Made by a program: the position numbers and the translations under genes. The notes below the pieces were generated by a model that was given only the letters and a program-made list of their open reading frames with translations, was not told the DNA's origin and ran no database searches. DNA of 64,000 bases from Candidatus Aminicenantaceae bacterium. Its GTDB lineage: Bacteria; Acidobacteriota; Aminicenantia; Aminicenantales; Aminicenantaceae. Location of the stretch: assembly GCA_041862375.1 (NCBI GenBank), contig JBGVTE010000065.1:2540-66539 (forward strand), written 5' to 3'. Position 1 is the first letter of the stretch; each line of letters opens with the position of its first letter. Positions 45,438 through 55,883 of this stretch are shown here, piece after piece.

Positions 45438-48146
45438 ATGGAAGATAAAATCATACTCCGGGGAGTTAAGGTTCACAACCTGAAAAACATCAACCTTGAC
45501 ATTCCCTTGAATAAATTGATTATTGTCACAGGAGTGAGCGGCTCGGGAAAATCATCCCTTGCATTCGATACTCTGTATGCTGAGGGGCAGCGGCGCTATA
45601 TCGAATCCCTGTCTGCTTATGCCCGACAATTTTTAGAGAGGATGGATAAACCTGATGCTGATCTCATTGATGGAATAACTCCTGCCATAGCTATCCAGCA
45701 AAAGGCTGCAACTAAAAATCCCCGATCAACTGTAGCCACAGTTACTGAAATCTATGATTTTATGAGAGTTCTCTATGCTCGTATCGGAATTATCCACTGC
45801 CTTCAATGCGGCCAGCCCGTCTCCCGGGATACCATAGACTCAATAGTGGAGAATCTTTACAAGCTTCCCTCCCGGACAAAGGTATGGATTTCTTTTTCCT
45901 GGCCTTCAGATAAAGGCATGGCTACACTCAAAAAAGAAGGCTTTTTCAGAATCATCCAGAATAACACCATTTTAACTCTTGACCAAGTCAAGCTCAAAAA
46001 GAAACAGAGTTTTGATGTTCTTGTCGACAGGATGACTTTAGACAGAGAAGAAAGAGAGCGGCTTGTTGATTCATTGGAAATGGCTTTAAGAAAGGGCGAG
46101 GGAAAATTCAAAGTCCACACGGACAGAGATGAAGAATTTGCATTTTCTGATAAGCTTGAATGCAAGAATTGTCGTGTTACTTATGAAGAGCCTTTTCCCA
46201 ATCTTTTCTCTTTTAACAGCCCTCAGGGAGCATGCCCAACTTGCCATGGTTTCGGAGACCTGGCAGTACTGGACGAGGATAAAATTGTTCCGGATGAGAA
46301 TAAATCCTTGGAACAAGGAGCTATAGAACCTTGGACAAAGCCTTCCTCCCAGGACCTGATGAAAGAATTGATTTTTGAAGCCAAGAAGCGGGGAATTCCA
46401 ACAACGATTCCCTTTAAGGATCTAAAAGAAGAATGGAAAAGATATATTCTAGATGGAGGGGATGGCTATCACGGAGTAAAAGGTTTCTTCGACTGGCTTC
46501 AGACAAAAAAATATAAAGTTCAGGTCAGAGTTTTTCTTAGTAGATACCGTAAGTACGTGCCCTGCCCGGCATGTAAAAAAATGCGTCTCAATCCAAGAGC
46601 CCTGAGCGTAAAGGTCAACGGACTCTCCATCGGTCGGGCAGTACAGAAGACTGTTCAGGAAGCCTATGAATTTTTTTGCCGCCTCACTCTATCATCCTTT
46701 CAAAAAAAAGTAGCAGAAAAGCTTATTAATGAAATCATAAACAGACTCAAATTTTTAGTGGAAGTGGGCCTGGATTACATAACACTGGACCGCATGACTT
46801 TCACCTTAAGCGGAGGCGAGGCTCAGAGAATAAACCTTGCCGCTGCTCTGAGTGCATCACTGGTAGGCACCCTTTTTATCCTTGATGAGCCGAGCATTGG
46901 TCTTCACGCCCGTGATAATCGCCGCCTAATAGACATCCTTAACTCATTGAAAGAAATGGGAAACACGGTTGTAGTTGTCGAGCATGATCCAGAAATCATA
47001 AACGCCGCAGAATATCTGATAGATCTTGGGCCCGGAGCCGGAGAAAAAGGTGGAGAAGTTGTATTTGATGGGACAATGAGTAAATTCATGAATAGTAAAA
47101 ATTCTCTTACTGCTCAATACATCAGGAAAGAAAAAGATATAAAAATTCCAAGAAGAAGAATAGGTGCCAGAGAATTTATTGTAATTAAGGATGCTCACAA
47201 ACATAACTTAAAGCACATTGATGTGAAAATTCCTCTTAATGTTTTTATCTGCATCACAGGAGTTTCAGGCTCAGGGAAAAGCACGTTACTTTACGATGTT
47301 CTCTACCAGGGATGGATTGGTGAGGCTGAGGATGGTTTTTCTGAACTCTACGGGAAGGAAAAAATAGGCAAAATTATCATGGTAGACCAGTCTCCGTTAA
47401 GCACATCACCCCGTTCTATTCCCGCTACTTACACAAAAGCCATGGACAGCATAAGAGACCTTTTCAGTCAGACGAGGGAAGCTAGTGCCTTGAATTATAA
47501 ACCTGGATTTTTCTCCTTCAATACTTCAGGAGGAAGATGTGAGGAGTGTAAAGGAGCCGGACAGCAGATTGTTGAGATGCAATTTCTTTCTGACATTGTC
47601 TTAACCTGTGAAGTTTGCAAGGGAAGAAGGTTTAGGAATGAGATTCTGGAGATTAAATATAGAGGGAAAAATATAGAACAGGTACTCCAGATGAGTATAT
47701 CTGAGGCGCTCGATTTTTTCTCTGATCGACCGGATATCACCAAAAAAATAGCTCCCCTTGAAGCAGTTGGTCTGGGATACTTAAGATTAGGACAGCCGAC
47801 AACTACTCTATCAGGAGGAGAATCCCAGAGAATTAAACTGGCTTATAATCTCATCCATCAAAAAGACAACAGTATGCTCTATCTCTTCGATGAGCCAACA
47901 GTAGGCCTTCATCTCGCTGATGTAGACACACTTCTGGAGTGCTTTCAGAAGCTGGTTGACAAAGGCCACACAGTGATTGTCATCGAACACAACCTAGATG
48001 TTATAAAGTGTGCTGATTATGTCATAGATTTGGGACCAGAAGGTGGAGAGAAAGGAGGAGAAATAGTAGCCCAGGGTATTCCTGAAGAAATAATAAAATT
48101 TAAGAAATCCCACACTGCCAGATTCCTGAAAAAATATCTCCTGTAA
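45438..48146 (+). CDS. uvrA: Excinuclease ABC subunit A
   Basis: HNLKN, two GVSGSGKS Walker A motifs, YAEGQRRY.ES, CxxC zinc fingers, two LSGGE.QR signatures, DEP, EH. Confidence 0.92.
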   Translation: MEDKIILRGVKVHNLKNINLDIPLNKLIIVTGVSGSGKSSLAFDTLYAEGQRRYIESLSAYARQFLERMDKPDADLIDGITPAIAIQQKAATKNPRSTVATVTEIYDFMRVLYARIGIIHCLQCGQPVSRDTIDSIVENLYKLPSRTKVWISFSWPSDKGMATLKKEGFFRIIQNNTILTLDQVKLKKKQSFDVLVDRMTLDREERERLVDSLEMALRKGEGKFKVHTDRDEEFAFSDKLECKNCRVTYEEPFPNLFSFNSPQGACPTCHGFGDLAVLDEDKIVPDENKSLEQGAIEPWTKPSSQDLMKELIFEAKKRGIPTTIPFKDLKEEWKRYILDGGDGYHGVKGFFDWLQTKKYKVQVRVFLSRYRKYVPCPACKKMRLNPRALSVKVNGLSIGRAVQKTVQEAYEFFCRLTLSSFQKKVAEKLINEIINRLKFLVEVGLDYITLDRMTFTLSGGEAQRINLAAALSASLVGTLFILDEPSIGLHARDNRRLIDILNSLKEMGNTVVVVEHDPEIINAAEYLIDLGPGAGEKGGEVVFDGTMSKFMNSKNSLTAQYIRKEKDIKIPRRRIGAREFIVIKDAHKHNLKHIDVKIPLNVFICITGVSGSGKSTLLYDVLYQGWIGEAEDGFSELYGKEKIGKIIMVDQSPLSTSPRSIPATYTKAMDSIRDLFSQTREASALNYKPGFFSFNTSGGRCEECKGAGQQIVEMQFLSDIVLTCEVCKGRRFRNEILEIKYRGKNIEQVLQMSISEALDFFSDRPDITKKIAPLEAVGLGYLRLGQPTTTLSGGESQRIKLAYNLIHQKDNSMLYLFDEPTVGLHLADVDTLLECFQKLVDKGHTVIVIEHNLDVIKCADYVIDLGPEGGEKGGEIVAQGIPEEIIKFKKSHTARFLKKYLL

Positions 48147-48422
48147 ATAAATATGAAATGGTTCATATTCTTTCTTAAATCAAACAATTATTTATCCGTT
48201 GTAAAATGTTTATAAAAAGATTACAGGAACCATAATCCTCTTAGTTGTACAGGATATGCTCGTATTATTGAAGCAGTGAAAGAGTAGAAGAAATAAAAGT
48301 AAATCTAGAACACTTCCCAGCGTTAAGTTAGTATTGACCGGAAAAGATACTGAGAGCTCTGAAAAGCAGGTAAAAAAGGTTTACTTTCTCGGCTGACTAG
48401 AGTTTAATTAAAAGATTCCACG

Positions 48423-49838
48423 ATGGATACTTACGGCTGGCTTTCGGTCCTCCCCCCCTTGCTTGCTATTCTCCTGGCAATTAAAACAAAACATGTTTAC
48501 CTCTCGCTGACCCTCGGAATCTGGCTTGGTTGGACTATTATCAGCTCTTGGAATCCTCTCCAGGGTCTCATCCAGACACTCAATATACTTGTTGCTGTAT
48601 TTAGGGATGCAGACAATACACGTGTGGTTCTCTTCAGCGCCATGATAGGAGCAATCATCACCTTCACCCAGTATTCTGGAGGAATGGAAGGCTTTGTTAA
48701 CTGGGTATTCGGGAAAGGCTTGGTACGCTCAAGAAAAGGGGCTTCGTTCCTTGCCTGGTTTCTCGGCTTTATCATCTTCATTGAATCAAGCATATGTGTC
48801 CTTGTATCGGGTGCTGTGACGAGGCCTCTCTTTGACAGACTGAAAATATCCCGCGAAAAATTAAGCTATATTCTTGACTCTACCTCGGCCCCAAAATGCA
48901 TCCTCATTCCTTTGAATGCCTGGGGTGCATATGTCATCGGGCTCTTGATTTCCCAGGGAGTTGAAAATCCCGTCAGAGTCATGGTTTCTTCCATGCCCTT
49001 TAATTTTTACGCTATCCTGGCTATCCTTCTTGTTCTCGGAGTTGTCATCACCGGTAAAGATTTCGGTCCCATGAAAAAGGCTGAAAGGAGAGTGCTTCAC
49101 GAGAATAAGATTCTTCGAGATGGGGCTGAACCTCTTATCTCCAATGATGTCGTTATGATGGAATACAAGAATGGTGTTCCCCTTCGGGCCGTAAACATGA
49201 TTTTGCCTGTAGCAATCATGGTGGCAATGATGCCAGTAGTCCTTTTCATAACTGGAAAGGGCAATATAATGGAAGGATCAGGCTCGCTTTCTGTTCTCTG
49301 GGCAGTTGTCACAGCTCTTATCGTCGGCGCTGTTGCTTACAGAATTCAAAATATAATGAATATAAAAGAGATTACCGATACGTTTATGAAAGGAGTTGGA
49401 GGATTAATTCCTCTTGCGAGTCTTATGATCTTAGCTTTTGCAATCGGGGATACCTGCGATAAACTCGGCACAGGACCCTTTGTGGCGCAGGTTGCAAAAT
49501 CCACCTTTCATCCTGGAATTATTCCAGCTTTGCTCTTTCTTGTATCCTGTTTTATCGCTTTTTCCACAGGAACTTCATGGGGAACATTCGCCATCATGAT
49601 TCCTATCGCAGTCCCCATGATTAATATAATCGGCCTCCACCCAGGCCTCGTCATTGCCTCTGTTTTAGGAGGAGGAGTTTTCGGAGACCACTGCTCGCCT
49701 ATTTCTGATACGACCATTATTTCATCAATGGCATCTGCCACTGATCACATCGACCATGTAAGAACCCAGCTCCCGTACGCTCTGACAGCTGCCGCTTTTT
49801 CGCTTTTACTCTTTTTACTGTTTGGCTTTATCTTATGA
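48423..49838 (+). CDS. NhaC-family Na+/H+ antiporter / amino acid transporter
   Basis: SVLPPLLAI.LA, SREKL.YI.DST.AP, F.TGTSWGTF.IM.P, GG.FGDHCSPISDTTI.SS, DH..HV.TQLPY. Confidence 0.9.
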   Translation: MDTYGWLSVLPPLLAILLAIKTKHVYLSLTLGIWLGWTIISSWNPLQGLIQTLNILVAVFRDADNTRVVLFSAMIGAIITFTQYSGGMEGFVNWVFGKGLVRSRKGASFLAWFLGFIIFIESSICVLVSGAVTRPLFDRLKISREKLSYILDSTSAPKCILIPLNAWGAYVIGLLISQGVENPVRVMVSSMPFNFYAILAILLVLGVVITGKDFGPMKKAERRVLHENKILRDGAEPLISNDVVMMEYKNGVPLRAVNMILPVAIMVAMMPVVLFITGKGNIMEGSGSLSVLWAVVTALIVGAVAYRIQNIMNIKEITDTFMKGVGGLIPLASLMILAFAIGDTCDKLGTGPFVAQVAKSTFHPGIIPALLFLVSCFIAFSTGTSWGTFAIMIPIAVPMINIIGLHPGLVIASVLGGGVFGDHCSPISDTTIISSMASATDHIDHVRTQLPYALTAAAFSLLLFLLFGFIL

Positions 49839-50002
49839 ATATGAAGTGATACCGGGCTTTAGTAATTCAGCAGCTTAATATTTATAAAAGAGAGGCTCTT
49901 TTGCTGGATTACTCAGTCACTGACAAAATGAGTAATTCAATTTACACGAATAAAAAGTCCTAATACATATCAGCTTTAGAATCAAAGAGGAGGTTTTATA
50001 CC

Positions 50003-52147
50003 ATGAGCAGACGGAGTAAACCAGGAAATATTCTTTTTGTCACAATCGTCTGGATTGCTCTGAGCATTCTTAATCTGGGAGCAATCGAGTCAGTTCAATC
50101 TCCCTATGCTGAAGCAATAAAGGCATTCGAAAAATTTGTAATTGAGAAAATGGAGATCGAAAATGTCCAGGGGCTTTCAATCGGATTTGTTAAGGATGGC
50201 TTTGTCTGGACAAAGGGTTTTGGCTACGCTGACCTCGAAAACATGTCGCCAGCAAAGCCAGAGAGCTCCTACCGTCTGGCCTCTGTGACCAAGACTATAA
50301 CAGCCATAGCTGTCCTCCAGCTGGTTGAAAAAGGGAAGATAAGCCTTGATGCTGAAGTCCAAACTTATGTTCCCTATTTTCCGAAAAAGAAGTGGCCTGT
50401 TACCGTTCGCCAGCTTTTAGGACACCTGGGAGGAATAAGCCACTATAAAAACTACGATGCTGAAAGCCATATAAAAATCCACAAAAACACCAAAGAAGCA
50501 ATTGCTATCTTCAAAGATTTTAAGCTCGTTGCGGAGCCCGGCACGCGCTATAGCTATTCAAGCTACGGTTATAATCTCTTGGGTGCGGTTGTTGAAGGTG
50601 CATCAGGCCAATCATACGGCAAATACATTAAAGAGCACATCTTTGATCCTCTTGGCATGAAAGATTCTCGGCTTGATGATCCTGTGGACTTGATCCCATA
50701 CAGAGTGAGAGGATACAGAATTATTAACGGAGAAATAAAAAATTCAGAATACGTGGATATATCAAGCAGGTTTGCCGGAGGGGGAACTCGCTCGACAGTT
50801 ATCGACCTCCTGAAATATGCTCAGGGCATATTTTCAGGAAAACTCCTGGATGAAGAAACATGGCGCCAGATGTTCACCCCGATGGCACTCCGTGACCAGC
50901 ACTATACTGGCTACGGCATGGGGTGGACCGTGCGGCCCGCAGGTAGCCACTTTGCCGTCAGTCACGGAGGCTCTCAACCAGAGACAAGAACTCACATCCT
51001 GATTTTTCCAAAAGAAAGATTTGCCGCTGCCCTTGCTTCAAACAGAGAGGGACTTGATCTCAGTCCATTCTACAGAAGACTCATCCAGCTCATCCTGGAG
51101 GAAGATATTCAGAGCACAGCCTACGCCCCTGACAGGATTAAACAAACAATATATAATGCATGCGCACAGACTTTTTTCTACGGGATGAGCTATTATGACT
51201 GGCATGGGAATTCTCTTACTTCAGAAAAAGAGGAGCTCGATCAAGCTTTTTCCTTTTTTAACAAATACGTAAACGAAAAAAATCTTGGAAGTAATTTCAA
51301 AGAATACAAAACAAAAATAGACGATGGAATTCATCCCATCTCCGGCCGGGCTCTTACCAAGGTAGGATCGCACATGGCACATGTCCTTCGGGAAATTTAT
51401 GGCAATGACAGGCTTAGAAGCTACCGCACGAAGGGGCCTCTGGCATTTTTCTCTGATTACATTACTATCAGTAAGAATGAATCTAAATATAAAAAATTCC
51501 GCTTCCACAAAAAATTGAATAAACTTATTTCTGGATGGGAAAAAGCTTGGAAAGCAACATATAATGATTTTGTCCGCAGGATGTTTTTCACTGTTAACAC
51601 AAATTTTAATGAAACGGGTCCAATCCTGAAAGACACCTTTTCAGGCGCAGAACTCTATCCAGATTTCAGCGTTGATATAGCCAGTGTTTCACTGAAACTT
51701 CTTGAGAAGAATGATGTTGCGAAAGCCTTTGAATTACTAACATTAAACCAGGAACTCTACCCCAACTCACCACGTCCCCTAAGTGCTCTTGCCTTTGCTA
51801 ATATCTGGACTGGAAAAATGGAGAATGCACGTATACATTTTATAAAGGCCCACAGCCTGGACCCTTATCATCCTGCAGTGAGCGTTAATCAATTTTTCAG
51901 GTATAGAAGCCTATTAGTGCGAGTAAAGAAACTCAAGGAAGCGCTATCTCTCCTTATTATTGCTACTGAACTCCATCCCAAGGAGGCACGCCTCTACGTG
52001 GAAATTGGTGAGGCTTATTTTCGAGCAAAGCAAAAAGAAAAAGCCATTGAATATTTCAAGAAAGCCCTGGAAATTGATCCCGAGCTTGAAAGAGCCAAAA
52101 AAAGATTAGAGGCATTCGAGAAAGAAAAGGAGAAAAAAGAGAAATGA
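50003..52147 (+). CDS. Secreted serine hydrolase (beta-lactamase/AmpC-like) with C-terminal TPR repeats
   Basis: Signal peptide, ASVTK (SxxK), YSYSS.GY, SHGG; C-terminal A..YF.KALE.DP TPR. Confidence 0.88.
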   Translation: MSRRSKPGNILFVTIVWIALSILNLGAIESVQSPYAEAIKAFEKFVIEKMEIENVQGLSIGFVKDGFVWTKGFGYADLENMSPAKPESSYRLASVTKTITAIAVLQLVEKGKISLDAEVQTYVPYFPKKKWPVTVRQLLGHLGGISHYKNYDAESHIKIHKNTKEAIAIFKDFKLVAEPGTRYSYSSYGYNLLGAVVEGASGQSYGKYIKEHIFDPLGMKDSRLDDPVDLIPYRVRGYRIINGEIKNSEYVDISSRFAGGGTRSTVIDLLKYAQGIFSGKLLDEETWRQMFTPMALRDQHYTGYGMGWTVRPAGSHFAVSHGGSQPETRTHILIFPKERFAAALASNREGLDLSPFYRRLIQLILEEDIQSTAYAPDRIKQTIYNACAQTFFYGMSYYDWHGNSLTSEKEELDQAFSFFNKYVNEKNLGSNFKEYKTKIDDGIHPISGRALTKVGSHMAHVLREIYGNDRLRSYRTKGPLAFFSDYITISKNESKYKKFRFHKKLNKLISGWEKAWKATYNDFVRRMFFTVNTNFNETGPILKDTFSGAELYPDFSVDIASVSLKLLEKNDVAKAFELLTLNQELYPNSPRPLSALAFANIWTGKMENARIHFIKAHSLDPYHPAVSVNQFFRYRSLLVRVKKLKEALSLLIIATELHPKEARLYVEIGEAYFRAKQKEKAIEYFKKALEIDPELERAKKRLEAFEKEKEKKEK

Positions 52148-52872
52148 AGAAAAGTATTGGAGATCTTTTCCAGAAAGAAACCAAATACTTTAGAGGTAAA
52201 CTTCCAGGCGGTCCTCTGATTTGGAGTCGGAAGCCTGAAACATACAAAAACTATCCTTCTTCGCCAAAAATTCCACTAGATCCACCTGAAGAGAAGGAGG
52301 GAATGATTGTCTGGGAAGCAATAAAGCTCCGCCGGAACGTCAGAAATTTTGTTGACAGGCCCATGAAAAAAGCCCATCTTTCGCTGCTTCTCTGGGCGAC
52401 ACAGGGAATTACAGCAAAATACATGGGTTATGAACTCAGAGCAGCCCCTTCAGCAGGAGCACTTTATCCGGTGGAGACTTACCTTTCTGTCCACAGCGTG
52501 GAAGAAATTGAGCCTGGAATTTACCACTATGGAGTGAAAAACCACGAGCTTCACCAGCTGCGTCAGGGAGATTTTCGCACTGCTATTACTCAAGCAGTTC
52601 TTGACCAGGATTTTGTTTTTTCAGCAAATGTTGTTTTCATCTGGACAGCCATTTTTGAGAGATCAAAATGGAAGTATAATCAAAGAGCTTACCGCTATGT
52701 ATACCTTGATGCAGGCCATATTGCTCAAAATTGTGCCTTAGCAGCTGTCTCATTAGGGCTTGGAAGCTGCCAGGTTGGGGCTCTCTACGATGATGAGGTG
52801 AACGACATTCTCGGAGTTGATGGTGAAGAGGAGAGTATCCTCTATACGACAGCAGTAGGTCACCCTTCTTAA
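52144..52872 (+). CDS. SagB/ThcOx-like nitroreductase-fold dehydrogenase
   Basis: RR..R.F, LLWATQG, RAAPSAGALYP.E.Y, KY..RAYRY..LDAGHIAQN. Confidence 0.9.
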   Translation: MKKSIGDLFQKETKYFRGKLPGGPLIWSRKPETYKNYPSSPKIPLDPPEEKEGMIVWEAIKLRRNVRNFVDRPMKKAHLSLLLWATQGITAKYMGYELRAAPSAGALYPVETYLSVHSVEEIEPGIYHYGVKNHELHQLRQGDFRTAITQAVLDQDFVFSANVVFIWTAIFERSKWKYNQRAYRYVYLDAGHIAQNCALAAVSLGLGSCQVGALYDDEVNDILGVDGEEESILYTTAVGHPS

Positions 52873-52926
52873 TCAATTAAAATTTTTGTAAACTTTTATA
52901 CAAAAACTCTCGTCTAACAGGAGGAA

Positions 52927-53310
52927 GTGAAAGTGACTGGTATCATATTGTTACACATAGGCTCTATTTTAATTATCATGTGGGGAATAGGTCACATTAT
53001 CCCGACTAAATCTGTTGTTGACGGCTTCGGGCAAATATCAGAGGATAACAGGCGAATAATTACCATGGAATGGATCGCAGAAGGTCTAACACTGTGCTTT
53101 TTGGGGATACTCGTGCTATCTGTTACCCTTTCCGGAGGCTCTCAAAGTGCTGTTTCTAAGATTGTGTACTGGATATCAGCCGCTGTCCTTATCATTATGG
53201 CAGTGTTGAGTTCACTGACAGGTGCCAGAACATCAATTGTACAAATGAAGATTTGCCCATTTGTGAAAACTGCTGTGGCAATCCTGTTTTTCCTTGGGCC
53301 TGTTTTGTAA
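52927..53310 (+). CDS. Hypothetical 4-TM membrane protein
   Basis: GAGGA RBS before GTG; hydrophobic helices; WG..H..PT..VV.GFG..S.DN.RI..MEW.AEG looks conserved. Confidence 0.7.
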   Translation: MKVTGIILLHIGSILIIMWGIGHIIPTKSVVDGFGQISEDNRRIITMEWIAEGLTLCFLGILVLSVTLSGGSQSAVSKIVYWISAAVLIIMAVLSSLTGARTSIVQMKICPFVKTAVAILFFLGPVL

Positions 53311-53462
53311 AGAGCCGACAATTCAATCAAGGATTCCGATAAAAAGGTTGCTCATTTACTTATTAGATTTTGAGTTATAAAATATTCGAGGATCATATCC
53401 CGAAAAGTCAACTATGAAGTTTGACAGCAAATTATCCTATCTGATCTAGGGAGTAAAGAGCG

Positions 53463-54434
53463 ATGAAAAAATATTTTATCTCCGGGTTCTGTTTCATTAT
53501 CTTCATCTTGCTATTTCTTTTTCTTTCCGGAGACACCAAGCCCCAGGAAGAAAAGCCGTGGCACTGGAGTCTGGAAAAAATAAAATCCACTGTCGGAAAA
53601 GTACGCGCAGGAAGGGACCTTACTCCTCAAAGCTGGCCGGACGGGGCAAAAGTAGCAGTTGGCCTCTCTTTTGATTTTGATGCAGAAACAAACGCTTTAA
53701 GAGACAAAGTTATTTCTCCTGGCGTATTTTCTCAGGGAGAATACTCAGCCAGGATTGCTATCCCCAGAATTTTGGCCCTGCTCGATAAATACAGGATTCC
53801 GGCTTCCTTTTTTGTGCCTGCAGTTAGTGCCCTCCTTCACCAAGAGGAAATAAAGGCTGTCGTGGCAAAAGGTGTTCACGAAATTGGGTTGCATGGATGG
53901 ATTCATGAGCGGAACTCACTCTTGTCTGAAGAGGAAGAAAGAGAGCTGATGAAGAAATCTTATGATGTTCTCAAAGAGTTAACAGGCAAAGCACCTGTTG
54001 GGATTCGGACACCATCATGGGACTTTAGCCTCTCAACCATCAAAATTATTAAAGAGCTTGGTCTTCTCTATGACAGCAGCCTTATGGCTGACGATCGTCC
54101 TTATGAGATTCTTGAGGATGGCGAGCCAACAGGAGTAGTCGAGCTCCCTGTAGAATGGCTCCTGGATGACTATCCTTATTTTGGCTTCTCACGCTTCACG
54201 AGTATTCGCCCTCACATTACTCCCATGGACGTTTTTTCTATCTGGGCGGCTGAATTCGACAAAGCTTGCGAGGAAGGAACAATTTTTATCTTAACCATGC
54301 ATCCTAAAATCACGGGCCACCGCAGCCGCATAATAATGTTGGAAAAACTTGTTCAACATATCTTATCTAATAAAAATGTTTGGTTTGCCACCCACGAAAA
54401 TATTGCCCGTTATGTGAAAAGGAATGAGAATTAG
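53463..54434 (+). CDS. Polysaccharide deacetylase (CE4, PuuE/PgdA-like), exported
   Basis: WP.GA..AV.LSFDFD, HEIG.HG..HE, G.RTPSW, YDSS.M.DD.PY, LTMHP. Confidence 0.88.
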   Translation: MKKYFISGFCFIIFILLFLFLSGDTKPQEEKPWHWSLEKIKSTVGKVRAGRDLTPQSWPDGAKVAVGLSFDFDAETNALRDKVISPGVFSQGEYSARIAIPRILALLDKYRIPASFFVPAVSALLHQEEIKAVVAKGVHEIGLHGWIHERNSLLSEEEERELMKKSYDVLKELTGKAPVGIRTPSWDFSLSTIKIIKELGLLYDSSLMADDRPYEILEDGEPTGVVELPVEWLLDDYPYFGFSRFTSIRPHITPMDVFSIWAAEFDKACEEGTIFILTMHPKITGHRSRIIMLEKLVQHILSNKNVWFATHENIARYVKRNEN

Positions 54435-54485
54435 GAGAAAAAGAATATAATAACAAAATTAATGAAGATCAAAGGAGTCGTAACC

Positions 54486-55724
54486 ATGAAAAAAAGAAAT
54501 TATAAACTTGGTGTATTCGTCCTTCTTGCCCTTATTTTATCAGGTGCTTTTGAATTATTTCCTTGCACTGTGGCTGTAGCCTCAGGCAAGGCAACTCCAG
54601 ACGGTCGGCCTCTCATGTGGAAGAACCGTGATACTTCAGTGCTGGATAATAAAGTCCTCTACTTAAAGGGAGTAAAATATGGCTTTATAGGAATAGTTAA
54701 TGCCGATGATAAAAAGGGAGAGCATGTCTGGGCGGGGATAAACACTGAAGGTTTCGCCATCATGAACTCTGCTTCGGCTGATCTTGCTGAAAAAGGGGAA
54801 AAAACGCTAGATAACGGGAGATTTATGAAGATAGCACTCGGAGAATGCGCGAACATTCGAGATTTCGAAAACATACTCAAGAGAACAAAGGGGAAGAGAG
54901 ATGTTGGAGCGAACTTCGGCGTAATCGATGCTGAGGGCAATGCCTGTATTTATGAAACCAGCAGCACAGGTTTTGAAAAGTTCGACGCGAATGATCCAAG
55001 GGTAGCTCCTTCTGGCTACATCATCAGAACAAATTATGCTTTTACTTCTCCTGTTGAAAACGGCGGGGGAGGATACATTAGATTTGAACGAGCCTTACGC
55101 CTGTTCCAGGCTGCTTACTCAGAGGGTAGGCTGGATTACAAGTTTATCATTCAGCAGGTTTCAAGAGATCTTGTCAATGAGAAGCTTCATTCACATCCTC
55201 TTTCAAATCCAGAGGTGTCTGACTCCAGCACTCCTTTTTACGTTAACACAAATGACACAATCAACCGCAATTCTACTGCTTCAGTTGCGGTCTTCCATGG
55301 TGTTTCAAGCCCCGAAAACGCTTACCTTTCCACAATGTGGGTTCTTCTTGGACAGCCGGTTTGTACTGTAGCTGTCCCCTTATGGGCTTCTGCCTCAGAT
55401 ATTCCATCTGCGCTCTCAGGCTCTGGGAATGCTTACCTTAATAATTTTTCAAGGGGACTTGCCTCTTTTCTCTATCCTGATAGAAGAGGCCATATGTATC
55501 AGTACATGAATGTAACCAGGCTCAGGAATTATGGAGGTGATGGAGTTCTCAAAAAGCTCATCAGGATTGAAAGTCAAGTCTTTGCCAAGACAGAAGAAAA
55601 ACTACGGGAATGGCAAGTGAGGAAACCCACTGGAAGCGAAATCAACAATTTTGAGGGAAAGATATCAGAATGGGTTTTTGAGTCATTAAAAAGCTCTTTT
55701 CCCCATATCAAATATGCAGATTAA
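54486..55724 (+). CDS. Ntn-hydrolase (C45/C69-like acyltransferase/peptidase), exported
   Basis: Signal peptide then CT....G.AT.DGRPL.WKNRD, G.N..GF.IMNS, RTN; AAGGAG RBS favours ATG 54486. Confidence 0.8.
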   Translation: MKKRNYKLGVFVLLALILSGAFELFPCTVAVASGKATPDGRPLMWKNRDTSVLDNKVLYLKGVKYGFIGIVNADDKKGEHVWAGINTEGFAIMNSASADLAEKGEKTLDNGRFMKIALGECANIRDFENILKRTKGKRDVGANFGVIDAEGNACIYETSSTGFEKFDANDPRVAPSGYIIRTNYAFTSPVENGGGGYIRFERALRLFQAAYSEGRLDYKFIIQQVSRDLVNEKLHSHPLSNPEVSDSSTPFYVNTNDTINRNSTASVAVFHGVSSPENAYLSTMWVLLGQPVCTVAVPLWASASDIPSALSGSGNAYLNNFSRGLASFLYPDRRGHMYQYMNVTRLRNYGGDGVLKKLIRIESQVFAKTEEKLREWQVRKPTGSEINNFEGKISEWVFESLKSSFPHIKYAD

Positions 55725-55883
55725 ATATAGACTAGCTGTTCACCGTTCACCTTGAGCTCTTCATTTAAATATGTCCGTATAAATGCATAAAAAAAATGAA
55801 ATCGTCAGGCAAAATTGGATTTGATAAATCTAAATCCTGCAACAAAGAAATACTATGCAGGTTTTAAGAAACAGAAGAGAAAA

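Noticed and set aside
48147-48422. Possible gene remnant between uvrA and the NhaC-family gene
   Set aside because: Only short open frames with no recognisable family signal
52144-52872. Thiazole/oxazole RiPP cluster
   Set aside because: No YcaO, E1-like protein or precursor nearby; stand-alone SagB-like proteins are common
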